Shown here piece by piece: positions 1 to 9,775 of a stretch of 64,000 nt of DNA. A program made the translations under genes and the position numbers. Location of the stretch: assembly GCA_963727625.1 (NCBI GenBank), contig CAVSHR010000004.1:992001-1056000 (forward strand). The letters are read 5' to 3'. This DNA is from an uncultured delta proteobacterium (GTDB lineage: Bacteria > Desulfobacterota > Binatia > UBA9968). The notes beneath the pieces are model-generated. The model did no database searches and was not told the origin of the DNA. It worked only from the letters and a program-made list of their open reading frames with translations. Numbering within the stretch: the first letter of the stretch is position 1; each line of letters starts with the position of its first letter.

Positions 1-1
1 C

Positions 2-862
2 ATCGAGCGCGGCCAAGCCGAGCGGCGCACGCTCCGTCTGGTCAATCCCGGCGCGCAAGAAATCGAAATGACCAGCCATACGATGCTGTTCGCCTTCCAG
101 ATGATTCAACCCGGCGAAGTCGCGCCGCCGCATCGCCATACCATGGCGGCGATCCGTTTCATTCTTCAAGGCCAGGGCGGCTACACCAACGTCGGCGGCG
201 AAAAGATGGTGATGGAGGACGGCGACTTGATTCTTACGCCGCAGTGGGCCTGGCACGAGCACGCCCACGAGGGCGCCGATCCGATGATCTGGATCGACGG
301 CCTCGACGTGCCGTTCATCCAATCGCTGCAGGTGATTTCCTTTGAGCCTTATCCTGACAAGCGCATGCCCGTGGAAGAGCGCGCCTACCCCTCCACTTCC
401 TACGGCATGGCGCGGCCGGTGAACAGCGAAGAGAATAAACTGCCGGCGCCGCTGCACTACCGCTGGCGCGACATCGAGCCGGCGCTTCGTCGGCTCGCCG
501 CTGGCCCGGCCAATCCGTACGAAGGCTACGCCATGGAATACGTCAACCCCTTGACCGGCGGGCCGACGCTGCCCACGCTCTCGTGCTGGATTCAATTGCT
601 CAAGCCCGGACAGCGCACCCACTCGCACCGCCACACCAGCACCGTGCTCTACCACGCCTTTCGCGGCAGCGGCACCACGATGATCAACGGCAAGCCGTTC
701 CACTGGGAAAAGGGCGATACCTTCGTCCTGCCGCTCTGGCACTGGCACGAGCACGCCAACACCACGGCGAACGACGATGCGATTCTTTTCTCAATGAACG
801 ACGCCCCGGTGCTAAAGCCCTTCGGTCTCTATCGCGAGCAGGGCCGGGCGAAGCCCATTTAG
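2..862 (+). CDS. Gentisate 1,2-dioxygenase-like bicupin (5' truncated by window edge)
   Basis: Frame is open from base 2 (IERGQAERRTLRLVNPG). It has HRHT...WHEH metal motifs in both cupin halves and NPLTGGPTLPT. Paralog of 8414..9445. Confidence 0.85.
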   Translation: MERGQAERRTLRLVNPGAQEIEMTSHTMLFAFQMIQPGEVAPPHRHTMAAIRFILQGQGGYTNVGGEKMVMEDGDLILTPQWAWHEHAHEGADPMIWIDGLDVPFIQSLQVISFEPYPDKRMPVEERAYPSTSYGMARPVNSEENKLPAPLHYRWRDIEPALRRLAAGPANPYEGYAMEYVNPLTGGPTLPTLSCWIQLLKPGQRTHSHRHTSTVLYHAFRGSGTTMINGKPFHWEKGDTFVLPLWHWHEHANTTANDDAILFSMNDAPVLKPFGLYREQGRAKPI

Positions 863-998
863 GGCGGTCAACTCCTCGGAGCGATTCGTCCGACGCTGTT
901 ACTCGCCGCTTTTCGCCTGCTCGCCGATGACGGTGGCCGCTTCAAGGGCAATGCCTCAAAACCGGTTTGAACCCATTGAACGATTTGAACAATCGTCC

Positions 999-1961
999 TC
1001 ACAGATCCAATGTATTCGGCGCGAATAGTTCTTCGAGCGGGACCTTCCGAACGGCCAGTCCTTGTTCGTAGAGATACGTCGAAAGCGTCTCGACGACGTG
1101 GCGATTTTTTTCCATACCGTATGGCCAAGGATCATCGCCGAGGATCTGCTGCTGCTCTTCCACCGGCCGGCGGAACCACGCCAGGCCGATCTTGTACGGC
1201 GACAAATCCTTAAGCCTCCCATAGGCATCTTCTTTGGCCCGCTGGAACGCCTTGAAAAGGCTGCGCGCGATCCACGGATGTTCCTCCCACCGGTCTTGTC
1301 GCAGCGCGACGGAATGCATAATCGGAAATATTCCGGTTTTCTTAAAGTACTCCGCTTCGACTCGCGGCGAGTCCTCGAACAAGCGCCGGATATGCGGCGG
1401 CGGGTTGAACAAGGAGGGAAACAGGCTCGGAATCATAATCGCGTCGAGCTCGCCGTCAAAAAACATCCGATCCGGTTTTCGGTCCGGCGCGATGCGCTTG
1501 ACCTTGTAGCGTTCGGGAAGCTCTATCGCCATTCGCGGATGCGGCGTCCAGAGATGCCACTCGATTTCTTCAAGCTTGACGGCGTATTCATGCTGCAGCA
1601 TGCCGCGCATCCAAACCGTCGCCGTTTGCTGAAACTCGCCCAAACCCACTCGCTTGCCCATGAGATCTTTCGGCTCGCGAATGCCGCTTTTGGTGTTGAT
1701 GAAAATGTAGGAATGCCGAAAGGCCCGCGCCGGAAACACCGGGATCGCGGTCAGCGGTTTTCCCATCGTCTTGGCGGTGATGTACGACGACAATGAGATT
1801 TCCGACGCATCGAAGTCGTAATAGTTCAGCATCCGTGTCCATATTTCGAGATGCGGCAGCACCAGCCAGTTCAGCTCGATCCCTTCCGGCTTGACCGAGC
1901 CGTCGATCAGCGGATGGGTGCGGTCATAATCGCCGCAAGCGATCGTCAATTGAAGTGCCAT
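999..1961 (-). CDS. 4,5-dihydroxyphthalate decarboxylase-like protein (periplasmic-binding-protein fold)
   Basis: The motifs LTIACGDYDRT, FDASEISLSSY, PVFPARAFRHS, GIFPIMH and DPWPYG are typical of Pht5/OphC-like proteins. No signal peptide. Confidence 0.75.
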   Translation of the reverse strand: MALQLTIACGDYDRTHPLIDGSVKPEGIELNWLVLPHLEIWTRMLNYYDFDASEISLSSYITAKTMGKPLTAIPVFPARAFRHSYIFINTKSGIREPKDLMGKRVGLGEFQQTATVWMRGMLQHEYAVKLEEIEWHLWTPHPRMAIELPERYKVKRIAPDRKPDRMFFDGELDAIMIPSLFPSLFNPPPHIRRLFEDSPRVEAEYFKKTGIFPIMHSVALRQDRWEEHPWIARSLFKAFQRAKEDAYGRLKDLSPYKIGLAWFRRPVEEQQQILGDDPWPYGMEKNRHVVETLSTYLYEQGLAVRKVPLEELFAPNTLDL

Positions 1962-2124
1962 GCCTTCTCCTCAAGGGTTCGTCATCCTCAAATCACCCGG
2001 CGCGACCGCGCCGCAACCGAAGCAGCAAACTTCGTTGCACCCCAGAGGCGCCGAGTACCGGGAGCACCGAGGTGTTGTGCGGAGTATTTCTTCTCGGAGT
2101 ACTCCGCGTCTCCGCGGTGAATTC

Positions 2125-3528
2125 TTACAACAACTTGTCGGCCCACTTGCCCAGAATTCTCTCTCGCAACTCTTTGCTTGAACGCGAGACCTGCGGAAAT
2201 GTATCCTTCCACTCGTAGGGTCTTGTCGCGTCGATGACCGCCCGCGAGTTCAAGCCCTTTTTGTCCCTCTGAATGATCGGATCCAACGGCCCGCTCCAGC
2301 ATCGCCGGAGAATTTCGATATCTTCCCCCGGATCCGTGCGGGTACAAACCGCCCACATAACGTCGTTCAAGCTGGTCGGATCGATGTCGTCGTCCACCAC
2401 GATCGTGTACCGGCCCAAATAGGCCGCTGCGTGACATTCCGTCGCGATCAGCCCTGCCTGGCGGGCATGGCCCGGATAACGCTGCTTGATCGACAGAACT
2501 AAAAACAAATACGCCGCTCCCGCCGCCTCGTGGTACCACACGCCGCGCACGTCCGGCACGCCGGCCGCTTCCAGGTCATCCCACACCAGGGCGGCTTTGA
2601 GCGGCGCGCGCCACTTGCGCGTGTAGCCCAAAAGGATCGGGTTGCTGCGGTGCATGACGTTGTGAATTTTCACGATCGGCTCCGGTCGCGACGAGCTGCC
2701 GTAATAGCCGGTCCACTCGCCGAACGGCCCTTCGATCTTTTCCGGCCCGGGAACACACTCACCTTCCAGGACAATTTCCGCCGCCGCGGGAATCGGCAGG
2801 CCGGTAAATTCTCCGCGAATCACGTTCACCGGCTCGCCCTGAATGCCGCCGATAAAGTCATACTCGCAGACGCCGTAAGGTACTTCGAGAGCGCCGGCCA
2901 GAAAGATCAGCGGATCGTGCCCCACCGAGATCGCTACTTTGAACGACTCGCCCCGCGCGAACGCCTTGTCGCGGTGGATGCGGCCGTGCCGGCCGGGCGC
3001 GATATAAAAGCCGACCGTGTTCTCGTCGTGGATCATGACCCGCGCCGTGCCGAGGTTGGTCCAACCTTCTTCCGGATCGTGCGTGATATTGACGCTGCCG
3101 GTGCCGATATACCTGCCGCCGTCGAGCTCGAACCAGCGCGGCGTCGGGAAGGACAGGATATTCACGTCTTTGCCGCGCTGGATATTCTCCAGCACGGGCC
3201 CGTCGTGGACCACGCGCGGCGGAAGATGCTTCAGTTCCTTCGACCGCCGCCGCCATTCCGAGACGAATTCCATCGAGCTCAAATTTGGCGACATACCGAG
3301 GCTCAACCCGAGCCGCTTGGTCGAGCCGAGCGAATTGACGACAACCCGATAACCCTTGGGATAACCTTTTACGGAATCAAACAGCACAGCGGGCGAGCTG
3401 CCGCGTTCGTTGACGATATCGGCGACGCCGCCGATCTCCAAGTCCCAGTCCGCCCCTTCGATGGTCCGGATTTCACCGAGTTCGTCAGCTTGCTTGAGCC
3501 AACTCCTCAACCCGTCTGGTTGTTTCAT
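2125..3528 (-). CDS. UbiD-family (prFMN-dependent) decarboxylase
   Basis: DGGRYIGTG, EGPFGEWTGYY and VVDDDIDP motifs. Start placed at MKQPDG, after GAGG. Confidence 0.9.
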   Translation of the reverse strand: MKQPDGLRSWLKQADELGEIRTIEGADWDLEIGGVADIVNERGSSPAVLFDSVKGYPKGYRVVVNSLGSTKRLGLSLGMSPNLSSMEFVSEWRRRSKELKHLPPRVVHDGPVLENIQRGKDVNILSFPTPRWFELDGGRYIGTGSVNITHDPEEGWTNLGTARVMIHDENTVGFYIAPGRHGRIHRDKAFARGESFKVAISVGHDPLIFLAGALEVPYGVCEYDFIGGIQGEPVNVIRGEFTGLPIPAAAEIVLEGECVPGPEKIEGPFGEWTGYYGSSSRPEPIVKIHNVMHRSNPILLGYTRKWRAPLKAALVWDDLEAAGVPDVRGVWYHEAAGAAYLFLVLSIKQRYPGHARQAGLIATECHAAAYLGRYTIVVDDDIDPTSLNDVMWAVCTRTDPGEDIEILRRCWSGPLDPIIQRDKKGLNSRAVIDATRPYEWKDTFPQVSRSSKELRERILGKWADKLL

Positions 3529-3753
3529 TGTTCCTCGCTGAAAGTTCAAGCCGCTTCGGAAAAAGCACTCTGTGTCACTTCCAAACGTTTTGAACGGCTG
3601 GAACTGTTTGAACGATTTTTTAATCTCCCGTTGAACTTCCGTGAGCAGCCGTAAATCCGGCGCGCCCCGCTATTTGCTGATGAACTTGATCGAACAGGCG
3701 AGACGTTGCTGAAGAAATCGCGGCGATTTTAAGGAAAATCCTTTCCTGCGCAG

Positions 3754-4245
3754 TTAAACTTTTCGCTTCTGATATTCGTGAGCCGCTTCGAGTATCGATT
3801 GGGCGATCGCGCCATAGGCGCCGCAGCGGCAGATGTTTCCGCTGAGCCACTCGGCAATTTGTGCGCGGGTGGGATCGGGATTGTCCATTAACAGCCCCTT
3901 CGCCGCCATGATTTGCCCCGGCGTGCAATAGCCGCACTGCGCGCCGATGTTGCGGATGAAGGCTTCCTGGAGCGGATCCAACCCATCGCCGCGCGCCACG
4001 CCTTCGATCGTCAGCACGGATTTACCGTGCGCCTCGAAGGCTAAATAATTGCACGAACTCACCGGGCGACCCTCGACCAGCACCGTGCAGGCACCGCACA
4101 CCTCCGACTCACAGGAGCGCTTTGTGCCTGTGAGCCGCAGGCGATTGCGTAGGAACTCAAGCAGCGTTTCTTCGATCCGAACTTCGCCGGACCAGGATTT
4201 ACCGTTCACCGTAAGGGATAAGCTAAATTTACTTTGGGCATTCAT
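3754..4245 (-). CDS. Mo-hydroxylase small subunit, 2x[2Fe-2S] (CoxS-like)
   Basis: CESEVCGACTV...SSC and QCGYC...CRC cysteine motifs. Confidence 0.92.
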   Translation of the reverse strand: MNAQSKFSLSLTVNGKSWSGEVRIEETLLEFLRNRLRLTGTKRSCESEVCGACTVLVEGRPVSSCNYLAFEAHGKSVLTIEGVARGDGLDPLQEAFIRNIGAQCGYCTPGQIMAAKGLLMDNPDPTRAQIAEWLSGNICRCGAYGAIAQSILEAAHEYQKRKV

Positions 4246-5102
4246 TAGAGTTGCTCTGATAAGTCCTCTAGCGCATCCCGGAGCATGAGGCCCGTCATGT
4301 GCAATTTGTATTCTGCGCTGCCCAACAGGTCATCGACCGGCCGCAGAGTTTCGCGTAGATAAGGTTTCTCTTCCGCCACGATTCGCACCGTGTCGCTTGG
4401 CCCGATACCGTTAAGTTTTGCTTCAAGTCTAGTCAAGCGTTGGGCTATTGGACCTACACAACCCACCGCTATTCTCACATCTTCGACGGCGCCGTTACTC
4501 AAGCGGGCGCCAACTGCCACGCCGAGTGTCGGTCTTTGATAGCGATGAAGCCGTCGATAAGCGCTTTTCATGCCCGCGGGCAACACTGGGATGTCGATTT
4601 CCAGCAACAACTCACTCGGTTCGAGAACGGTCGCGTACATATCGACGAAGAAGTCATGAAGAGCCACGCTTCGCTCGCCTTTATCGTTTCCGACCATCAC
4701 CGAAGCGTTATGAATGAGCAGTACCGTTCCCGGATCGGAGTGCGGATCGTTGAAGGCAAGATTGCCGCCGAGCGTTCCTTGATTTCTCACGCGCACGTTT
4801 GCGACTTGCGATTCGGCGTACGCCAACGACGGCGCGTGCTCGCGCACGATCGCGCTGTTCCCCAGCGCCTGGTGCGTCACGCAGGCGCCGACGCGCAGCG
4901 TGCCGTCTTTCCGTTCCATCCGATGCAACCGCTCGATTCTCTTCAAATCGACGAGCACTTCGGATTGCAGCAAACCGTTACGGAGCAGCAGCAGCAATTC
5001 CGCGCCGCCCGCATAGAGGTTAGCCTTTTCGCCTAAGTCCGCGAGCGCTCTCGACGCTTCGTGAACGGTGGCGGGCTGCACAAGCTTCAATTGACTCAGC
5101 AT
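4245..5102 (-). CDS. Mo-hydroxylase FAD-binding medium subunit (CoxM-like)
   Basis: AGGAEL and VRNQGTLGGNLA...DP.SD motifs. Its stop overlaps the start of the small subunit. Confidence 0.9.
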   Translation of the reverse strand: MLSQLKLVQPATVHEASRALADLGEKANLYAGGAELLLLLRNGLLQSEVLVDLKRIERLHRMERKDGTLRVGACVTHQALGNSAIVREHAPSLAYAESQVANVRVRNQGTLGGNLAFNDPHSDPGTVLLIHNASVMVGNDKGERSVALHDFFVDMYATVLEPSELLLEIDIPVLPAGMKSAYRRLHRYQRPTLGVAVGARLSNGAVEDVRIAVGCVGPIAQRLTRLEAKLNGIGPSDTVRIVAEEKPYLRETLRPVDDLLGSAEYKLHMTGLMLRDALEDLSEQL

Positions 5103-5154
5103 AAGTTTAGATTCACAGGATTAACTCAGAGCATAAACGTGAAACTCAAAACGG

Positions 5155-7440
5155 TCAGATTTTTTTCATCGCCCGCAGAATCTTTTCCGGCGTGATCGGC
5201 AAAGAGCGGACGCGCACGCCCAGCGCGTCAAAGATCGCATTGCCGATGGCCGGCCCGACGGTGACAATCGAGGTTTGCGCCATGCCTTTCGAACCAAAGG
5301 GGCCCGGACCGTCGCCTTTCTCCAGCATCGATGAGTAAAATTTCACCGGAATGTCTTTCATTGCCGGCAGGCGATACTGAAACGAGTCGCCGTTTTGGAA
5401 CTGGCCGTCTTGATAAACGGTTTCTTCGAACAAGGCATGACCGAAACCCATCACTGCCCCGCCGTCCACTTGCGACTTGGCCGAAGGATAATGAATCGCT
5501 TTGCCGGCGTCGGCGATCACCGCGTAGCCCAGGATGCGCAGCTCGCCGGTGTCCCGGTTCACTTCCAGATCGACCGCCGCGCCGCTTGGCGCCCAATGAT
5601 CCATGCCCGAGAAAGCCGAATCCTTTACCATCGGCGGCACGCTATGGTAACCGACCGCCTTCAAGACCACGCCGCCGCCGATGAGCCTAATGATCTCAGA
5701 GATGGAAAAACTCGTTTCCCCCCAGCACAGCCGCCCCTCAATCAGTTGCCACTCCTCAGGCTTGCCGCCCTTCGCTTGCGCCGCCAGCGCGAACAATTCC
5801 TGCTTGAGCCTATCGCAGGCGTTGCGCACCGCGTTTCCCATCTGCATGGTCGTCCGTTGCGCGCTGACGCCGGCAAAGGGCAGGCTCACCGCCGTGTCCG
5901 GCGTGCCCACGCGAACTTGATTTTGCCGAATGTCCAGGGTTTGCGCCGCAATAACACTAAAAAGATTGTGCGTGCCCTGGCCGATCTCCGGCGCATTGTG
6001 TTGGATCGTGACGACTCCGCGCGCGTCCATCGTGGCTAGGGCGTAGGCTCTGCCGCCGCCTTGAGAGCCGTGCCGCAGGCTGAGCGCCATGCCGCGCCCG
6101 CGCGCCCAGCGCGGGCCGTTGGCCGCCTTCGCGGACGATGTCAAATTCGACTTGCCATCCCAACCGATGCCCGCAACCGCCTCGGCCATGAGATCGAGAT
6201 AATCCGTGTCCATGCGAGGGGTGCCTTTGCAGACAAAATCCCCGCGCAACAGCACATTCTTTTTGCGAAACTCATAAGGATCGATGTCCAGTTGGCGCGC
6301 GACGCTGTCCATCGTGGACTCGATGCCCCAAGTCGTTTGCACTTTGCCGGTCGCGCGGGTATGGCCGGCGGGGACTTTGTTGGTATAAACGCAGCGCCCT
6401 TTGATGCGCAGGTTCGGAATGCGATAGCAGCCCCAGGCGGAAATCACCGAGTTGTGCGCGGCGGTAGCGCCGCCGGTCGTATACGCTCCGGTGTCAACGA
6501 TCAGATCGACGTCCAGCGCGGTGATGGTTCCGTCGGCTTTGACGCCCACCCTGGCTTTGAAGACTTCCGCGTGCCGGGAATTTTGCCGGAAGCTATACTC
6601 CGCCGAAGCTATCAAGCGGACCGGACGGCCGATTTTTCGCGATAGAAAAAGCGCGCCGAAGTGCGCGGTGGTGGGAATTTTCGAGCCGAAACCGCCGCCC
6701 ACGTAGGGCACCCGCAGACGAACGTTTTCCGGTTCAATACCGAGAAAGTGCGCGAACTCGGCGGCGTCGCGCATCGGCGAGCTGGTTGGCAGCCAGACAT
6801 TTGCTTCGCCGCTGAGATATTGCATGAGGCAGCCGCCAATCGGTTCCATCGGATGATGAAACATCGAAGGTGATGAAAAAGTCTCCTCGAACACGCGGTC
6901 CGCTTGGCGAAACCCTTCGGCGATATCGCCCCACGCCAGGCTGTCTTCCAGTAAAAGATTACTGCCGTGCTCTTCGTGCACAATCGGCGCACCAGGCACC
7001 AGCGCGTCGGTAGCGTCGAAGACCGGCGTCAGCGGTTCGTACTCGACGTGAATTTTTTCCACCGCGCGCTCCGCAGTGCGCAAATCCTCGGCGACGACCA
7101 CCGCCACGAGATCGCCATCATAACGAACCTTATCGATGGCGACGAAATCCTGATCGTCGGTGATCTTCAAATGCTCATGGGGCGCAAGCTTGAGCCGGGG
7201 ATTTACCCCGTCGAGATGGTCGCGGTCGACGATACCCAGGACGCCGGGTATCTTCAGCGCTTCGGAAGCATCGATGCTGCGTATTCGCGCATGAGAGTAA
7301 GGACTCAGCAAAGGCGCGCCATAGGCCGTGTTCGGCAGATCCGGCAGATCTTCGACATACTGCGCTTGGCCGGTGACCTTCTCTTTTAAGTCGATACGCG
7401 ACACGGCCGGTCGAGAGTTTTGGAACTCGGATCCCATCAT
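5155..7440 (-). CDS. Xanthine dehydrogenase-family molybdopterin-binding large subunit
   Basis: KVTGQAQY, HARIRSID, VGGGFGSK, EIGQG, GPGPFGSKG and LPITPEKIL motifs. Confidence 0.92.
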   Translation of the reverse strand: MMGSEFQNSRPAVSRIDLKEKVTGQAQYVEDLPDLPNTAYGAPLLSPYSHARIRSIDASEALKIPGVLGIVDRDHLDGVNPRLKLAPHEHLKITDDQDFVAIDKVRYDGDLVAVVVAEDLRTAERAVEKIHVEYEPLTPVFDATDALVPGAPIVHEEHGSNLLLEDSLAWGDIAEGFRQADRVFEETFSSPSMFHHPMEPIGGCLMQYLSGEANVWLPTSSPMRDAAEFAHFLGIEPENVRLRVPYVGGGFGSKIPTTAHFGALFLSRKIGRPVRLIASAEYSFRQNSRHAEVFKARVGVKADGTITALDVDLIVDTGAYTTGGATAAHNSVISAWGCYRIPNLRIKGRCVYTNKVPAGHTRATGKVQTTWGIESTMDSVARQLDIDPYEFRKKNVLLRGDFVCKGTPRMDTDYLDLMAEAVAGIGWDGKSNLTSSAKAANGPRWARGRGMALSLRHGSQGGGRAYALATMDARGVVTIQHNAPEIGQGTHNLFSVIAAQTLDIRQNQVRVGTPDTAVSLPFAGVSAQRTTMQMGNAVRNACDRLKQELFALAAQAKGGKPEEWQLIEGRLCWGETSFSISEIIRLIGGGVVLKAVGYHSVPPMVKDSAFSGMDHWAPSGAAVDLEVNRDTGELRILGYAVIADAGKAIHYPSAKSQVDGGAVMGFGHALFEETVYQDGQFQNGDSFQYRLPAMKDIPVKFYSSMLEKGDGPGPFGSKGMAQTSIVTVGPAIGNAIFDALGVRVRSLPITPEKILRAMKKI

Positions 7441-7537
7441 CGCGTCCAAGCGAGCCGACGGTGACGTTGACAACCGTCTTGGCGTTCAGCTAAGTGTTTG
7501 GCAAGAAATACTTTCATCGCGAGAAAGGAACGGGTCT

Positions 7538-8275
7538 GTGGCTGACCATAGCAAATTGACGCTGCAGCAAGCAAAGCAAAAAGCTGAGGGGATCAGAAAA
7601 ATAATCCTCGATACTTATCATCGTGAAGTCCAACCCTCGCCGTTTTTCAACGATCTCCGCGCGGGGACTCTCTCGCGCCCGCGTCTCCAGGGCTGGATCA
7701 AAAATTGGTACTCGTTTGCGCTCGAGGTCAACACCGGAATGGCCACCTCCTATCATCAGTTCGTCGGCTTTTTCAAAAGACATCCGGACCTGGAAAATCG
7801 CATCGCGCAGAAAATCGGCGAAGAATTTACCACCCCGGCCATCGGCGGCCATGCGCGCATGCTGCCGATTCTCGGCAAGGCGCTCGATGTCAGCGCCGAA
7901 GAGATGATCGAGTGCGAGCTCATTCCCGAAGCCCGCGGCCTGGTCGACTTTTTCGTTCGTTCGTGGATCGACATCCCGCTCGCCGAATGTTTCGCGGTGC
8001 ACATGGAAGAAGAAATCTTCGGGTTTATCTCGCGCGATTTCCGCCAAAGCCTGCCCAAGTACGGGGTGACCGAAGCTGACATGAAGTATTTTCGCGTCCA
8101 CGAGGAAGCCGATCTCGACGCACATCATGGCGGCACCAACCAGGCGATCCTGGAAGTCGCCCTGCAGGAAGGCTACGGCAACGAGCGGGCCGGATGGCCG
8201 CTCGAATATTGCGGCAAGATCGCCGTGCAGATGATCGGCAATTTCTACGATGGAGTTTACCGGCGCTACGCTTAG
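7538..8275 (+). CDS. Heme-oxygenase-like diiron (PqqC/TenA/CADD-like) redox enzyme
   Basis: Predicted helical protein with the ligand pattern EE-x8-H, E, and H-x3-D-x3-H (FRVHEEADLDAHH). GTG start after GAAAGGA. Confidence 0.7.
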   Translation: MADHSKLTLQQAKQKAEGIRKIILDTYHREVQPSPFFNDLRAGTLSRPRLQGWIKNWYSFALEVNTGMATSYHQFVGFFKRHPDLENRIAQKIGEEFTTPAIGGHARMLPILGKALDVSAEEMIECELIPEARGLVDFFVRSWIDIPLAECFAVHMEEEIFGFISRDFRQSLPKYGVTEADMKYFRVHEEADLDAHHGGTNQAILEVALQEGYGNERAGWPLEYCGKIAVQMIGNFYDGVYRRYA

Positions 8276-8286
8276 GCGAAGCGCCG

Positions 8287-8400
8287 GTTCAAACCGTTCA
8301 ACCGCTTCGCTCCGCTCAAATTGTTTAAAAACGCAACAAGAAGAAACACCGGCCCGAAGTTTTGAACGGCTTGAACCTTTTGGACGATTTGAACAAGTTC
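8287..8400. repeat. TTGAAC/GTTCAA ~9-nt-period intergenic repeat (representative copy)
   Basis: A GTTCAA run followed by a TTGAAC run. Similar arrays near 966, 3590, 10772, 16068, 17252, 22855, 29360, 32620, 41014, 56167, 59935 and 61421. Confidence 0.8.
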
Positions 8401-8413
8401 AGAGGTTAAGAAA

Positions 8414-9445
8414 ATGGCACTGCCGAAAGAAATCCAAGAGCTCAACGACCTGCTCCGGCCGCGCTGGGTTTCCGGATTGTGGAACGTCGATCATGCCGAG
8501 CGCCCGCCCGACCCCAAAACCCGCGTCAAACCGCATCTGTGGAAGTGGCACGATATCTACGACAGCTTGATTCAAGCCAAGGACAAGATATCCGTCGCGA
8601 GTGGCAGCGTCGAACGGCGGGTGATTCGCCTGGTCAATCCCGGCTTGGCCGAAACCGAGATGACCAGCCATACGATCCTGCTGTCATTTCAATTGATCCA
8701 ACCCGGCGAAGTCGCTCCGGCCCATCGTCACACCATGGCCGCGTTTCGCTTTATTCTTCAGGGCCACGGCGCCTATACCAACGTGGATGGGCAAAAGATG
8801 GTGATGGAAGACGGCGATCTGATCCTCACTCCGCAAGGCTGCTGGCACGAGCACGCCCACGAAGGCGACGAAAACATGCTTTGGATCGACGGACTCGACG
8901 TGCCCTTCGTTCAAGCGCTGCAACAAATTTCCTTTGATCCCTACAAACCCGGCCGCTTGCCGGTCAGCGAGAGCGTCGATCCGGCAATGTTTTACGGCAT
9001 GACGCGACCGATCGGCGACGATCTGCCCAAAACCGCCATGTTACATTACCACTGGCACGACACCTATTCGTCGCTGCAACGCATAGCTCGCACTCCCGGG
9101 AGTCCCTTCGATGGCGCAGCGCTGGAGTTCGTCAATCCCGCGACCGGCGGGCCGACGATGCCGACGATGTCCTGCCGAGTTCAGATGCTCCGCCCCGATG
9201 AAAAAACCAAATCACACCGCCACACCAGCACGAGCATTTACCATGCTTTCCGCGGCAGCGGTACGACGGTGATCAATGGCGCAAAATGGCATTGGCAGAA
9301 AGGCGACACGTTCATCGTGCCGTTGTGGTCCTGGCACGAACACAGCAACGATTCATCGACCGAAGAAGCGATTCTATTCTCCATGCACGATGAGCCAATC
9401 TTGAAAGCGTTCGGATTGTATAGAGAGGAAGCGGCGACGGCTTGA
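8414..9445 (+). CDS. Gentisate 1,2-dioxygenase-like bicupin
   Basis: ERRVIRLVNPG, AHRHT..FRFI, WHEH, NPATGG and a second HRHT/WHEH set. Confidence 0.85.
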   Translation: MALPKEIQELNDLLRPRWVSGLWNVDHAERPPDPKTRVKPHLWKWHDIYDSLIQAKDKISVASGSVERRVIRLVNPGLAETEMTSHTILLSFQLIQPGEVAPAHRHTMAAFRFILQGHGAYTNVDGQKMVMEDGDLILTPQGCWHEHAHEGDENMLWIDGLDVPFVQALQQISFDPYKPGRLPVSESVDPAMFYGMTRPIGDDLPKTAMLHYHWHDTYSSLQRIARTPGSPFDGAALEFVNPATGGPTMPTMSCRVQMLRPDEKTKSHRHTSTSIYHAFRGSGTTVINGAKWHWQKGDTFIVPLWSWHEHSNDSSTEEAILFSMHDEPILKAFGLYREEAATA

Positions 9446-9775
9446 GTCCATCACAGGCGGGCTAACGATCGCCATAGATCGCGCTCCCAGAGCCGCGCGT
9501 CACTGCTTTCCTCCCTACCTCAGCAACTGGGGCCGAACGTGGAGAACCATTGAATTGTCAAAATTTCCCTCGAGTCGCAGCGGTTTCTTGAGGCTGGAAC
9601 GCGCGCCGGCGCAACCTTTTTCCCGCGCCGTCTTCGGCGATACGGATGAAATTGGCGACTATCGCGGCGGTTCCAGGACGGAGATATATTACTCGGCGGA
9701 AAGGGCGAGTCGCGCTACGGAACTGCGCTTCCGTCGTACCCGCGGTTACGCAACAGACTTTCTCGGAGGACGCTG

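Noticed and set aside
3754-7440. Calling the Mo-enzyme an aerobic CO dehydrogenase (coxLMS)
   Set aside because: It lacks the AYxCSFR loop, has L-M-S order and has no cox accessory genes.
9446-9775. Small ORFs or a regulatory RNA upstream of the LLM gene
   Set aside because: No convincing RBS-plus-coding signal and no recognisable RNA motif.
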